From: Rebecca billardiae RCC1528
Taxonomy: Eukaryota; Protista; Haptophyta
NCBI GenBank assembly: GCA_965240325.2
Contig: OZ251242.1
Span: 372,001-436,000, forward strand
Length of the DNA stretch: 64,000 nucleotides
Direction of reading: 5' to 3'
The stretch's first letter is position 1; each line of letters begins with the position of its first letter. The notes beneath the pieces are model-generated. The model worked only from the letters and a program-made list of their open reading frames with translations. It had not been told where the DNA came from and searched no databases. Positions 33,791 to 44,496 of this stretch are shown here, piece after piece. A program made the translations under genes and the position numbers.

Positions 33791-35105
33791 CCCCGGGCGG
33801 GGCTCCCGGGCTCTCAGCCCGAGCGGCAGGAAAATCGCGATAATAGGAATGACGATGACAGAAAATCGTTCCGCCGGGGGGTCGTTTTGGCCGATTTTCG
33901 AGCTTTCCGTTCTACCCCCCTTTATTTCTTTGGTGGAACGGAGCGAGCATCTATTTCCTATCAAGGGGCTCGCGGGAGCCATTGATCATTTTTCATTGAG
34001 CGAAGCCCGAGCTGGCTTCCCATTGGACGGATTGGCGGCTGCGCTACTCTCCGCATAAGGCGAAACACTTACAGCTTCACATCGCCCGAAAATGCAAGTT
34101 TGGACAATAGAGTGAGGCACCCTCGTCCAATGAAATTGCTGAAAATCCCGACGAAACTTTACTCGCACGTGCGGGTACACGCAATCTCCGGGAGATTAAT
34201 ATGGCCAAGTTCCGCCCACTGGGGCCATTCAAGGTGCATTACTCAGTAACTACAATGAGCTCCGTAGTCTAAGTCGGTACTGATCATATATATGGCGTAG
34301 ACGACAGAGAGTCTTAGACGTAGCCGATAATCATTTAACTCGGGCAGCATTAAACTAACCCCATCAAATTAATTATATATAACTAATTTTCGCCGTCGTA
34401 TATTTTTAAAAATATTATTTTCCGGCCTGGCGTCAGAGTCTGAAAGTGAAACTGAAATTCGGGGCCTGGCGGGACCACTACAGCCGTAAGTGGCTCGAAG
34501 AGAGGCCTAGGAGTACCCGGTACTCGCTCGGAGTCCGGGTAGTGCCTAGTGGGCACTCCCCCGAACGGGGTCGCCGGTCGGTACGGTCCGCATTCGGTCC
34601 TGCCAGTAGTGACTAGTGCCACACAGCACTCAGCACGGGCAACACTTACACTTGCGATTATCATTACTTGCGTCCGTTGCGACTGGGGCGGGCCTGGCAC
34701 CGCCCGAGCCCATCGGCGTCACCGCTCCCGAGCCGCTCTCGCGCATGCGCGCGTAAGTAGGCAGTAGCACCTAGCAGTTACTAGTTAGTGAATCCGACAC
34801 GGACGAAATAATATATAAGGGAGTAGTGAACGGCTGCCGGGCCGAGCCGGCGCCGGCCCGGGCCGCGTTCACGCCTGGCGGCCAGTTCCGGCGCGCCCCC
34901 CCCGGTCCGGGCGGTCGGGCGCGGGCATGACAGTCGGACGGTCGGCTGGGGACCTCCCCGACCCAAAACTCATCAAAGCCCAACTGAGGTGACGACTGGG
35001 GCGTCCATTCGGAAGGGCGCCGCGCACGCAAACATCGATGCGCCCGACGTCCGACCGAGCGGAGCACGCCCATGATCACTGCCCATCCGTCCGTGGCCGC
35101 GGCGC

Positions 35106-35983
35106 TCAGGGCTGCTTGCTGCGCCGCTTCTTGCCCACGCTCTTCGGCCGGTGCTTCTCGCAGTAGACCGCGAGCTCGACCCACTCCTCGTGCTCCTTCT
35201 CAGCCATGTGCAGGCCAGACTTGCGCGCGCACGTGACGTGGAACGCGCGCAGGCACTTGCGCTCCTTGCACTGCACGCACGCCCCCCTGCGCTGGTCGCA
35301 CAGCGAGCACGTGAGGCCGAAGCGTTTCTCGTCCATGCCGTACAGGTCGATCGCGTCGCGCGACTCGGGGTCGACGAAGCTCACGTTCGGCACCCAGAGT
35401 GCGCACACGATGTGCGCCCACCGCCAGTCAGTCGTGCGCTTCATCGCGCCGCCCTTCTCCGGGCAGAGGCAGCACTCCTGCGCGATGGCGGGCGGCGGCG
35501 GTCGGCACGCGGGCGTGGGCATCGTTCATCGCGAGGTGGTACAGGCGGGTGGGCGGGCACGCGTGCCAACCTCTGGCGCACGCGTGCGGGAGCGCGCGCG
35601 CGCGCACCGCTGGGCCCGACCAGCGTGCAGGGTCACAGCGGTCACAGTACCACGGGCCGTCGGGGATGCACGACGCGCCTCCGCCGTAGCAGACCTGGTG
35701 GACAGCGAGGTTGCACCCGTCGCAGAACAGGATCACGTTGTCCTCCTCCCAGTCCCCCTCGCCGCAGACCATGCAGTTGGCAGTCTCCTCATACCTGCGA
35801 GCGCGCGCGCGCGTGCGCGCGCTCGCCGGGGCTGTGAGCTCCTTCGCCTGCGGGGGCGCTGACGAGGCGAGCCAGCCCACTCCCGCGCGCTCACTTCGCG
35901 CCCGGTAGCCTCGGCGTGGCCACGTCCTTGCTCGAGGGCACCTCGTCCCCGATCGCGTTTGTCGGAAGCACGGCGCCCTCCAT
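35106..35983 (-). CDS. Small PHD + zinc knuckle/ePHD (PZP) chromatin reader, 215 aa; join(35895..35983,35608..35794,35106..35477)
   Basis: CMVC...ILFCDGCNLAVHQVCYG...IPDGPWYCDRC and CCLCPEKGGAMKRT..WAHIVCALWVP...CSLC...GACVQC...C..AFHVTCA...YCEKH (JADE/BRPF/AF10 type). Both GT-AG introns keep the frame. Confidence 0.92.
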
Positions 35984-36154
35984 TGAATTCCCGCTTGCGA
36001 GGCGCCAACGACCGCCAGAAAGCGGAGGTCCAGCGCAAACCGTCATCCTCATCCGCGGCGGCGCGTGGCGCGCTGCGCAGGCACCCCGAGAGTCCGGGAC
36101 TCGCCGGATGCTGTTTCTTCGTGCCAGCCGTGGCAGCAGGTCTGCACCAGCAGC

Positions 36155-37132
36155 ATGCCGCCGGCGAAATGGCTGTTCTCCGATGGGGAGTACATCCCCG
36201 AGCCGTTCGCCGCGGATAAGCGGTACCCGCCGACCACCTCGCGCCACCGTGGGCGGCAGGTCCTCGCGCCGCGCTCGCGCGTCGGTCAGACCGGCTCCAA
36301 CTGGTCGAGCATCGAGCAGCGCACAGAGGCGGAGCGCTCCGTCAACTCCTTTCCGACAGTCGACGACTACGACAAGGCGCTCCGCAGCAAGCCGAAGCTC
36401 GTGGGGCTGCAGGACCAGCCGCCTCGCGGCGCGTACTCGGGCAAGACCCCAACCGACTCGACCGCCCCCGTGCGCGAGCCGTGGAGGCCTACCACGTGGG
36501 GACGCCATTACGTGCCCGGCTCGGGCTCCTGGGACGGAACCTTCCGCGGCCGTCCGCATAAGCACATCGCGCCGGAGCGCGAGCTGCCGAAGGGGCAGCC
36601 GCCGCCGCGGCTGAAGCACAACCCGGCGCAAATCCTCTCCAAGCCCGCGCCGTCGGGCGGCCCGGGCACCACCACGCGCGCCATGTCCAACTTCGAGTAC
36701 ATGACAAACTCGACGCCGGAGCCGGACGGGCCGACGCGCCGAGCGCAGGCGAACCGCGAGCGCCCGCGCGCGTTCGTCGCGGGGCGCGGGCGCACGAGCG
36801 CGTTCGACAGCGGGGTGTACTCGATGGACGCGTACCGGCCCAAGCCGGCGGAGGCCGGCTCGAAGCCTGCCGTCCCCTCCGCCGCTCGCACCGAGTCCGC
36901 GGTCGCCTCCTGGCGGCCGGTCGGCACTAAGTCGCGGCAGGTGGCGAATCTGGCTGACTACCCGGCGCACGTCAGCGACCCGTACGACGCTGCGCGCGAG
37001 CGAGAGCGCAAGGCACAGGCGGCGGCGCGGAGGAAGCGCGTCGATGCCAAGCCCTTCGACCCGACCGGCACCTCCGGCTCCGGGCCGTACGGGCCGAACA
37101 GAAACTACGTGAGCACAACCGCTGTCTTGTGA
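36155..37132 (+). CDS. Pro-rich protein, probably CFAP96/C4orf47 (DUF4586)-like flagellar protein
   Basis: Clean intronless ORF with LFSDGEY near the N-terminus and YPAHVSDPYD...KPFDP near the C-terminus. Head-to-head with the PZP gene (171 bp between ATGs). Confidence 0.6.
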   Translation: MPPAKWLFSDGEYIPEPFAADKRYPPTTSRHRGRQVLAPRSRVGQTGSNWSSIEQRTEAERSVNSFPTVDDYDKALRSKPKLVGLQDQPPRGAYSGKTPTDSTAPVREPWRPTTWGRHYVPGSGSWDGTFRGRPHKHIAPERELPKGQPPPRLKHNPAQILSKPAPSGGPGTTTRAMSNFEYMTNSTPEPDGPTRRAQANRERPRAFVAGRGRTSAFDSGVYSMDAYRPKPAEAGSKPAVPSAARTESAVASWRPVGTKSRQVANLADYPAHVSDPYDAARERERKAQAAARRKRVDAKPFDPTGTSGSGPYGPNRNYVSTTAVL

Positions 37133-37285
37133 TGCGCCTGGTCTGAGTGGTCCGACGATGCCGGTTACACAGGCCTGCACTGTCACTGGTCAGCCGTCGA
37201 CCCGTTGCACGGGCGAGTGACCGTAGGGCGGTGAAAATGCGACGTACCCCCATACAGGTCGATGAGGGCAGAATGAGACAGAGGG

Positions 37286-38553
37286 GGCTCCGGATTCGGT
37301 TGACCCCTGCCAGTGGCAATGAGAACCGAGTCGAAGTCACTCGAGCGGACCATATAGCCGGGTCCCTCCCGACCCCGGATTGATGACTTCAAAGCGACAT
37401 TGAGCATACACCCACCTCCCAATATGTTTCAGGCTCAATTTTTATAAGTGACACATACAGAAATCTGACCGAAATCCGAAACATGGGTAAATGCATATTG
37501 ACGCGGGTATTTCTGACGGAACTTGTATTCCATTCATGCATCGACGTGATACGCACGCCATGACCATGTCACGCCTCACGGCAGCTCACCGCCCCGCACT
37601 TGCGAGCGCGCTCTGGTTGGTCAGCTGCGCGCGCATAGCATTGTGCCGCGCTCTTCTCTCAGCTGGTACACCGCCAGACGCGGCCGCTCCGCCGCCGCTG
37701 CCGCGTGCCTCCGCCTCGTGCCGCGTGCTGGGGCGCCGCTGAAAGTCAGGCGTGATCGGTTGCACGGGCGTGAGCACGACAACGCCGCGGACGATCGTGT
37801 CGCTCTCGATCTCGCCGGTGCCCAGCTCGCGCGAGCGCCGGTCAAGATCCATGCGCGCGTATCGCTTGAAATCAGACTCGCCCCCCCATCGTCCACCACT
37901 GCCCGTCCGCCTCCTTCTGCCGCTTGCTGCTTGTCTCGGGCTCGTGAGTCGCCCTCGTCGCGACTTGCAGTGTCGAGCGCGTAAGGATCACAAAGTACTC
38001 GTCCAGACAGAGAGGCCTGAGCATATCGACGACGAGATGGAAAAGCATCCGCTCCATCGTGTTGTGCGTCCTCGACATGTTCACCTTGATCTGATTGCAG
38101 AGGTCCGGAGACGGCGCAACGTGCAGAGAGGCTTGCACCGACCGTGGTGCACTGACGAGGTCGTGTCAGACACCGTGTGCACGATCTCCAGGTCACGCGC
38201 GACCGCAAAGAGGTGCTCGGCATCGCGGTCGCCAAGATTACCTCCCAGCTGTTCGTCCGAGACGTCGGTGTCGAACACGATGGGCACGTCCAACGCGACC
38301 CGCGCCCGCACCACCATAGTGGGCAAAAGGCCAATAAAAGTACCCGGACTCCCAGTAGAAATGGTGAAAATCGGGCTCTGGCGCCGTGTAAAAACAAGCG
38401 ATCGCGGCAAACGGTGCGGATTCGCGCTCAGCTCGCCAACCCGAGTCCAGCAAGCCTTCGACCGCCTCCGTGCGACCTCGCGAAGGTCGTTTTCATTTTC
38501 GGTACGCCCGGTTTCTATGACCGGACTGGCAGGGGTCAACCGAAGCCGGAGCC
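37286..38553. repeat. 29-bp inverted repeat pair (37286-37314 and 38525-38553) bracketing a decayed ORF
   Basis: ggctccggattcggttgacccctgccagt versus actggcaggggtcaaccgaagccggagcc (1 mismatch). Confidence 0.75.
37586..38317 (-). pseudogene. Frameshifted ORF of unknown family
   Basis: MVVRARVALDVPIVFDTDV.../HVAPSPDLCNQIKVNMSRTHNTMERMLFHLVV.../DLDRRSRELGTGEIESDTIVRGVVVLTP in three successive ORF-track segments. Confidence 0.45.
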
Positions 38554-39286
38554 AGGGCACTTTGAGACAAAGGCGGCGCGGCCCGCAGTCCGAGCCGACG
38601 TCCGGTGTGAGGCGCCCGCACTGGGCGTGGTGCATGGCGCCCGCCTCGCACGCGCTACAGCGCCCGGTGAGGTGGACGCAAGTCTGTCGAGACGCGTCAC
38701 ATGTGTGCCCAAGGTGCATGCCTGGCACCTCCGCTCGTTTGCCTGCCGCTCCGACGCTGCCCATGCCTGGCCTGCACGCACCAAACGCGGTAGCCGCCGA
38801 ACGTGCCCCGCCACTGTGAGACGGCCGCGAACCGCGATGCACGGTGCCCTTCAGTGACGTGAGCAAGGTAGTCTACTACTGCAAGGGGACGCCAACCTGA
38901 CGGCTGGCCATGCCATGGGAGGTAGTAGGGACGTCAGACACGCGCCAAGAGCCCATGGGAAGCTTGCCTCTCGCCCTCTCCCCAGTTGGTGAGCTCGTCA
39001 GGCGTGCGCACGCGGTTTGTCTCAAAGTCGCCCCCCCCCCCCCCCAAAGTGAGACAAACTTCATGGTGCTCGTGCTCCTCAACGGCATGGAGTTAGCCCA
39101 CGAGACTCGCAGCTTGAACTCTTCGTCTGATGCCCTCCACGACGACGTGCGCGAAGGGCGTGAGCGCCATCGTGGTGGAGCGCAATTGCGCACGCAAAAC
39201 ACGATCCGGGATTTTGTCTCCTTCTGCCCTCAGTGCTTTTCCTCACCCACCTGTACCGGTGAAAATACGGTTGTCGGTTTTGCAAC

Positions 39287-39398
39287 TACCGTTTACTAAG
39301 AATAATTAAGAGACGCACACAGCTCAGGCAGGCGAGATTGACGCCCGCCAAATCTCGCCTGCCTGAGCTGTGTGCGTCTCTTATTCTTAGTAAACTGT
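39287..39398. mobile_element. Inverted pair of the ~45-bp element (112-bp hairpin, minimal MITE)
   Basis: taccgtttactaagaataattaagagacgcacacagctcaggcaggcgagatt-gacgcccgcca-aatctcgcctgcctgagctgtgtgcgtctcttattcttagtaaactgt. Confidence 0.9.
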
Positions 39399-39527
39399 CA
39401 CCGCCCGTGAAGCCGTCGCCGATGGTAGCGCCGCCGGAAAAATTCGTTCAGCCGTCCGCCTGCGAGGCCTGGACGAGGGCTGCGACAGTAGCGCTGGGCG
39501 ATGGCGGCCGGGCGCGACGAGCCGAGC

Positions 39528-39568
39528 GGATTGGTGTACGGGGAATCCAATTCCCCGTGCACCAATCC
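39528..39568. repeat. 19-bp stem / 3-nt loop hairpin
   Basis: ggattggtgtacggggaat-cca-attccccgtgcaccaatcc (one T-G pair). Confidence 0.85.
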
Positions 39569-40313
39569 AATCCGTTCGTCGCCAGGTGCTGCCGTTGCCG
39601 AGATCGAACTGCAAAACCCTCAGCAGGTGGTCAATCAAGATTGAACGGAAACCGGGGAGGCCGGAGGGCTGTCGCAGCGCGCGCGCCGCGGTGGGAAGAG
39701 AGAGAGAAGGGCTTGCCTCCCAACTGCAGCTTTGGCAGCGTTCCCTCTTGCGGCAGTGGAAGCCGACGACGAGGAGAATGACGACGCAGCTGCTGACGAC
39801 TGCTGCGAAGCAGCAGCGGTGACACTCTGCGCGGTGCACAGCTGCCACCGCGCGCGCCGCGCGACTCGGACTCTGGTCGGATGGCGACAGCAGCGCACAG
39901 CACTCAGCAGTCCTCATGAAGACGATGAAGCTGCGTGCACGGGTGCACGAGGTGGCAGGCGAAAGCGCGCCGACGAGACAGCACTTGACACGCCTGAGCG
40001 CACGCCCATGCTCGCCGAGCGCGAGCGCTGCAAGCAGCAACTACTGAAGTGCGCGCCGCGCGGCAAGTGGATGCAGGCTGTACTGCGGCACAGGCACTGC
40101 GTCCGCGGTCATCGTGATCGTCTCTTCATTCACTTGTCGAGGCTGCTGCTGCGGCGGGCCGGGGGCACTACCTGGCACGCGCGGCGTAGCGCGCTACGGA
40201 CGGAACGGGTGATGCCGTAGACGCACTGTCACGCTCCCGCCGCCGCCGCGCCCGCCGCCGCCGGCACTAGACTATCGTCACTCTAGGCCGCCGACAAAGC
40301 CGGCAGTATATAT

Positions 40314-41311
40314 CCCCTTACCGCAGTTCACTTTGCTTCGTATGGAAGCAAAGTTGACGGCGCCCGCTGAGGGCGCCCTGCGGCCAGTCAGGGCGTCTTT
40401 GGGCGCTGAACGCCGCATGACACTGTGCAGGCATGGTCTAGCTACCCTCAGACAGCCGCCAGACTGGTCCCTCCAGCTACAATGCCTCCACGATGGCATC
40501 CCGCGGCAGCGCGCCGAGCTGCCGTACGGGCGTGCGTGTCGTGCCCGCCAGGCTGGCCGTGTGCCCGCGACACCCGGCTGCACGCCTTGCAGCTGCTTCA
40601 GGCAGGTAGGCGATCGGTCGAGATGGCTGTAGGCGGTGTACGTACTGCACGCGCTGGTCTGCGCGCGTTCACATGACTCGTCGCGCTGAACTCACTCACC
40701 TGCCAGTCGCGCGTGACACGCTTGGCGGCTTGCCGCACGCAGCAGCCGCAGGCCGCGCGCGCGGCGTGATTGCCGAGTGCAAGTCAGCCAGGAGCTCGGC
40801 GGGATGGGCGGTCATGTTTCTTCGTCTGTTTCGGTGTCGATCACATGCGCGACGCGCGCGCCCCGCTGCGCAAGTACACCCTCCTCATTGCCGACGTCAC
40901 ACAGGAAGCCGCATGATGGATCTCGAGCTCGGAGAGCAGCGTCCGAGCACCACAGGCACTGACTGGCAGCCCGAGAGCCGACCGGCGGGTGACGTCCTTC
41001 ACCCCGCCTGATGCGGTACCGCGTGCGGCACCATACCGCAGCGATACGAGCACCTCAGAGGCGAACTGAGCACCCCTCAAAACTTTGCTTCTGGGCGTGC
41101 TCGAACACTCGTTTGGCACTCCGTTTGGACGCCGTGGCACCGGAGAAGGGGGAGGGCGGCGGCGATGAGGCTCGGGTGGCCCACGAACATGCTCACAAAG
41201 ATGCCTCTCAGCCATCGCGCGCCCTCTCGCGGCGTCCACCTGCCCGCCGAGCACGCACCCGCGGGGGCGAACCCATCTTTGCTTCGTATAGAAGCAACCT
41301 GCGGTAAGGGG
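40314..41311. mobile_element. ~1-kb MITE inserted in a (TA)n site
   Basis: tatat|CCCCTTACCGCAG...CTGCGGTAAGGGG|atata; a subterminal hairpin CTTTGCTTCgtat(g/a)GAAGCAA lies near both ends. Confidence 0.8.
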
Positions 41312-42875
41312 ATATATATATATCGTCGCGTTAATTTTCGGCGCTCACGCTTGCAACGGGTCCGTCGCAATCGGCCATCGGGTGGAAGGCCCGTCGGGCC
41401 CCGCCGGTCGTGATCGCGCGCGGCCTGTTTCAATTCTACGTGAGCCCAACGGCGACATCAGCCAAAACGCGGTAAAATGGCGGCTTCAGCCCACTTGTGC
41501 GGGTGCCGGCGGTGGTGCAGAGTAGTGGCGGCCCCGCGGCACGTCGTTGGCACATCCTCGTACTCAGACGCTGAGCTGTGGCGAAAGACGTTGCCAAGAC
41601 ATGCTGCTTCCACTTGCCGAGGTGCTTCGCCTTGACACAGGGGTAACTTGCGGCGCACGTGCGCGACGGCGAGCCGCGGCGTGAAGGCGGCAGCGGCGGG
41701 CCCGCTGCAAGCTGCAAGCACTTTGTGCTGGCTGCGTTTAGCCCGTGCCATGTGACGACCAAGACCGGTTGATAGAAAGCTAGTCTGCCATCGAAACCAG
41801 CTCTACACGCTCCGCCGCCACTACCTTGTCGAGCTTGAGATGCTTCCGTTGCGTGTGCTCGCATGCAGCCTGCCGCCTGCATTTGAACGTGATCGCGGCA
41901 GGTCGGCTGGCCGGATTGTCACGCCTCCTCGGCGTAGACTACGACACGATGCGTGCCACACGCACCCATGACACGCCGAAAGGCGTATGCACGCGTCTTC
42001 GCGCATCTGGCAGGCTGCAGTCTTGGCCAAATTGATGAGAACAAGCCTGCATCAAGCGCTCGCGGCGCAGGCGCGAGCGCGCGGAGAGTTCTGGGATGAC
42101 CCATGGTGCCTTGCTCGGGGACGCAACTCCTCCTCAACGGCTGCGAGCGGCGACACCGGAGCTAGATCGCTGCACTCAGCACTCCTCGCTGAGTGCAGCG
42201 TGACCCTCGGAGTCGTGCGTCTCGGCTTCCCGCCGGAGCCTTTGCGTCCCCGAGCGGGGCGTGACACCGATTCCCACTGGCGGGCACGGGTTTGTCGCCG
42301 TGACATAGTAAATGGAATCAGGTAGAAATAAAACAGGCCGCGCGCAGGAATATATCAGATATGTACCGGTCGGTATACGTATTCGTCGTTATTTATAGAT
42401 ATATATATAAATTTTAAACTGGCGCATATATATGTATATATATCGGCACGACTTATTATTATAATTAATATAAATATTAATAATAATATTTTGATATATA
42501 TCAGAGACTGAGAGAGCGAGCGAGCGAGCGAGAGAGAGAGAGATCGAGACTCAGAGAGAGAGAGAGACGAGAGCTCAGAGATTCAGATTGTGAATGTGAT
42601 GCTGCTGGCGCTGCTTGGCGGCTCAGTCACTAGACTAGTCCGTAGTAGTCGGTTGACTCGGGTGCCACCCGCGCGGTGCCGACCGCCTCGGGCCCGAGTG
42701 CGGAGTGGCGCGAGTGGCCCGTGGCCGCCTGGGCCTGGGGCTCTGCCCGCTGCTGCCAAGAACATCAGCCGAGCCCGGCGGCCAGAGTCCCGGCCACGGG
42801 CACGCCCGCACGGGCCAGTCCGGGCAGTCGGCCAGACGCCGACGGCGCCGCTGTCTCGGACGGATGCGCTCAGCG

Positions 42876-42962
42876 CTGCTGCCTGATGCTGGTCCAATTC
42901 TCGGGGAGCCCTTCCGACAACTCGTCGTTTTGGGGGCCCCCGTCACGTGTGCATGGCAGCAG
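42876..42962 (-). promoter_or_regulatory. SECIS element (type II, GUGA variant) in the GPx 3' UTR
   Basis: Minus strand: helix I CUGCUGCC-AUGC / GCAU-CA-GGCAGCAG; core gUGAC...CGAG; helix II GGGGGCCC / GGGCUCCC; apical AAAA followed by mini-stem CGAC-gaguu-GUCG. Starts ~35 nt after the stop. Confidence 0.85.
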
Positions 42963-42997
42963 TATCATGGCGCGCCCGACGCCCGAGCTCGCCGGCC

Positions 42998-43632
42998 CTA
43001 GCCGTGGCTCTGCAGCTCCTGCAGAATGTCCGGGACCACGTTGGCCACCGGCAGCTTGTGCGGGTACCGACGGACCACGCGGCCCGATCGGCTGACGAGG
43101 AACTGGGCGCCGCAGGGCGAGCGTAGAGTGCGCGGCGGCGGGCGCATGAGCGCGGGATAGGGCGCGCGTGGCGGTGCCCTCGCCGCGTGCGCACCTTCTC
43201 GAAGTTCCAGCGCACGTCACCGGTGCGCACAGTCGCCGCCTTTAGGAATCGGTACAGGGGGTGCGTCTCCGGGCCATTCACGTCGATTTTCGCGAAGACG
43301 GGAAAGGACACGCCATACTTGCTCACAAACTCGCGAATCTCGCGCGACGTGCCTGGTTCCTGCTCGTGGAACTGGTTCGACGGGAAGGCGAGCACCTCGA
43401 AGCCTCTCGAGTGCAGCCGCTCACGCACCTTGACGAGCTCAATGTACGTGAGGTTCGTCAGCCCTCATTTGGAGGCGACGTTGACGATAAGGCACACGCT
43501 GCCGGAGTACTGCGAGAGGTGTACTGTCGCGTTCGTGTCGAGCTCGCGCGCGTTGAAATCGTATACCGAGAGCGCGCCCGCAGATACAAAAAGGCTGATG
43601 ACTGCCATGACGGCCCCCGCGCGGGCCGCCAT
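42998..43632 (-). CDS. GPX: Selenocysteine glutathione peroxidase, 180 aa; join(43195..43632,42998..43102); Sec UGA at 43465-43467
   Basis: MAARAGAVMAVISLFVSAGA (signal peptide-like)...CLIVNVASK[UGA]GLT...LAFPSNQF..QEPG...KIDVNG..HPLYRFLK...WNFEK|FLVSRSGRVVRRY. GT-AG intron at 43103..43194. Confidence 0.95.
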
Positions 43633-43650
43633 GCTGCTGCTGACGGCGGG

Positions 43651-43695
43651 TCGCCTGCCTGAGCTGTGTGCGTCTCTTATTCTTAGTAAACTGTA
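43651..43695 (-). repeat. ~45-bp dispersed element, copy 18 nt upstream of the GPx ATG
   Basis: tcgcctgcctgagctgtgtgcgtctcttattcttagtaaactgta. Confidence 0.92.
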
Positions 43696-44496
43696 TTCAA
43701 AACAAATTAAACAAAACGCCTCAGATCATCATCATATCGTCGTCATATCTGTCTTCATCACATGAAACATCTGCGCTTACCCCCATATCGTAAGAATTAT
43801 TATTAGCTAGACGAGAGCCGGCCTCGGAGTCACAGGCGGACATGGCATAACGCGCTCGACACTCGCACCTCACAAATGCAAGCGCGGCCAGAACCAGCAG
43901 CCCCCGCGCACCAGCTGCCGGCATTCTGGAAGCGCCGCTGCCGGCGGCGCGCGCCGGCATGCGCATCAACAGACTCAACTAGGTCGGACTTAGCGGCCCG
44001 CTTGGCCCGGCGGCCGCAGGACGCACCGCAGCAGCTCGTCCACAGTACCGCCGAGTGCCGACGTCGACCAGAGATGAAGTCGCCGGACTGGCGACAGCCG
44101 CGCCGCGATCGAAGCTCGTTGGCGCCACACCAGGAGATGTGCCCGCCGGGTAGAGACCACGCGCGCGCTTCGCTTGCGGCGCGCTCACGCCGAGCCCACA
44201 CCACCGCCACGCGCACGAAGCCAACAGAGGTCGGCGGCGGGACGCCGGCTCAGACTAGACGCGACGAGGCGGTGGCGACGGGCGACTGCTCGGATGTGGC
44301 TCAGCTCTCGATCAGCACGGCATAGGCACGCGCTGGGGACGATAGGCGGCCGCGTCGATGCAGACGGACGTCACGGTGTGCCGACAGCAGGGCCAGCTGC
44401 AAGTGCCCGGTGGGTGCGGGGCTGCGCGGTGCGCGCTCGCCAAGCGAGGAGCGGGGAGAAAGCGAGCGGGCGCAGCTGGCCGATAGAGCGTGAGCC

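Larger units (their letters stand above)
30886..33932. mobile_element. P-superfamily-like DNA transposon, internally deleted; 32-bp TIR, 7-bp TSD
   Basis: GTGGAAC|CAAAGAAATAAAGGGGGGTAGAACGGAAAGCT...AGCTTTCCGTTCTACCCCCCTTTATTTCTTTG|GTGGAAC; CA..TG termini. Confidence 0.85.
29735..34236. mobile_element. Probable old piggyBac-like element hosting the P-like insertion
   Basis: Imperfect TIR CACCTTGAcTGcCCCCcAG / CACCTTGAaTGgCCCCAG. Degenerate ...PDELR...RRRRWWLKAI at ~30270-30360 recalls piggyBac DQLR...RRWWxK. No TTAA TSD survives. Confidence 0.35.

Noticed and set aside
42965-42968. AUGA just after the GPx stop as the SECIS core
   Set aside because: No matching helix II/AA/GA geometry; the GUGA at 42943-42946 gives the full fold.
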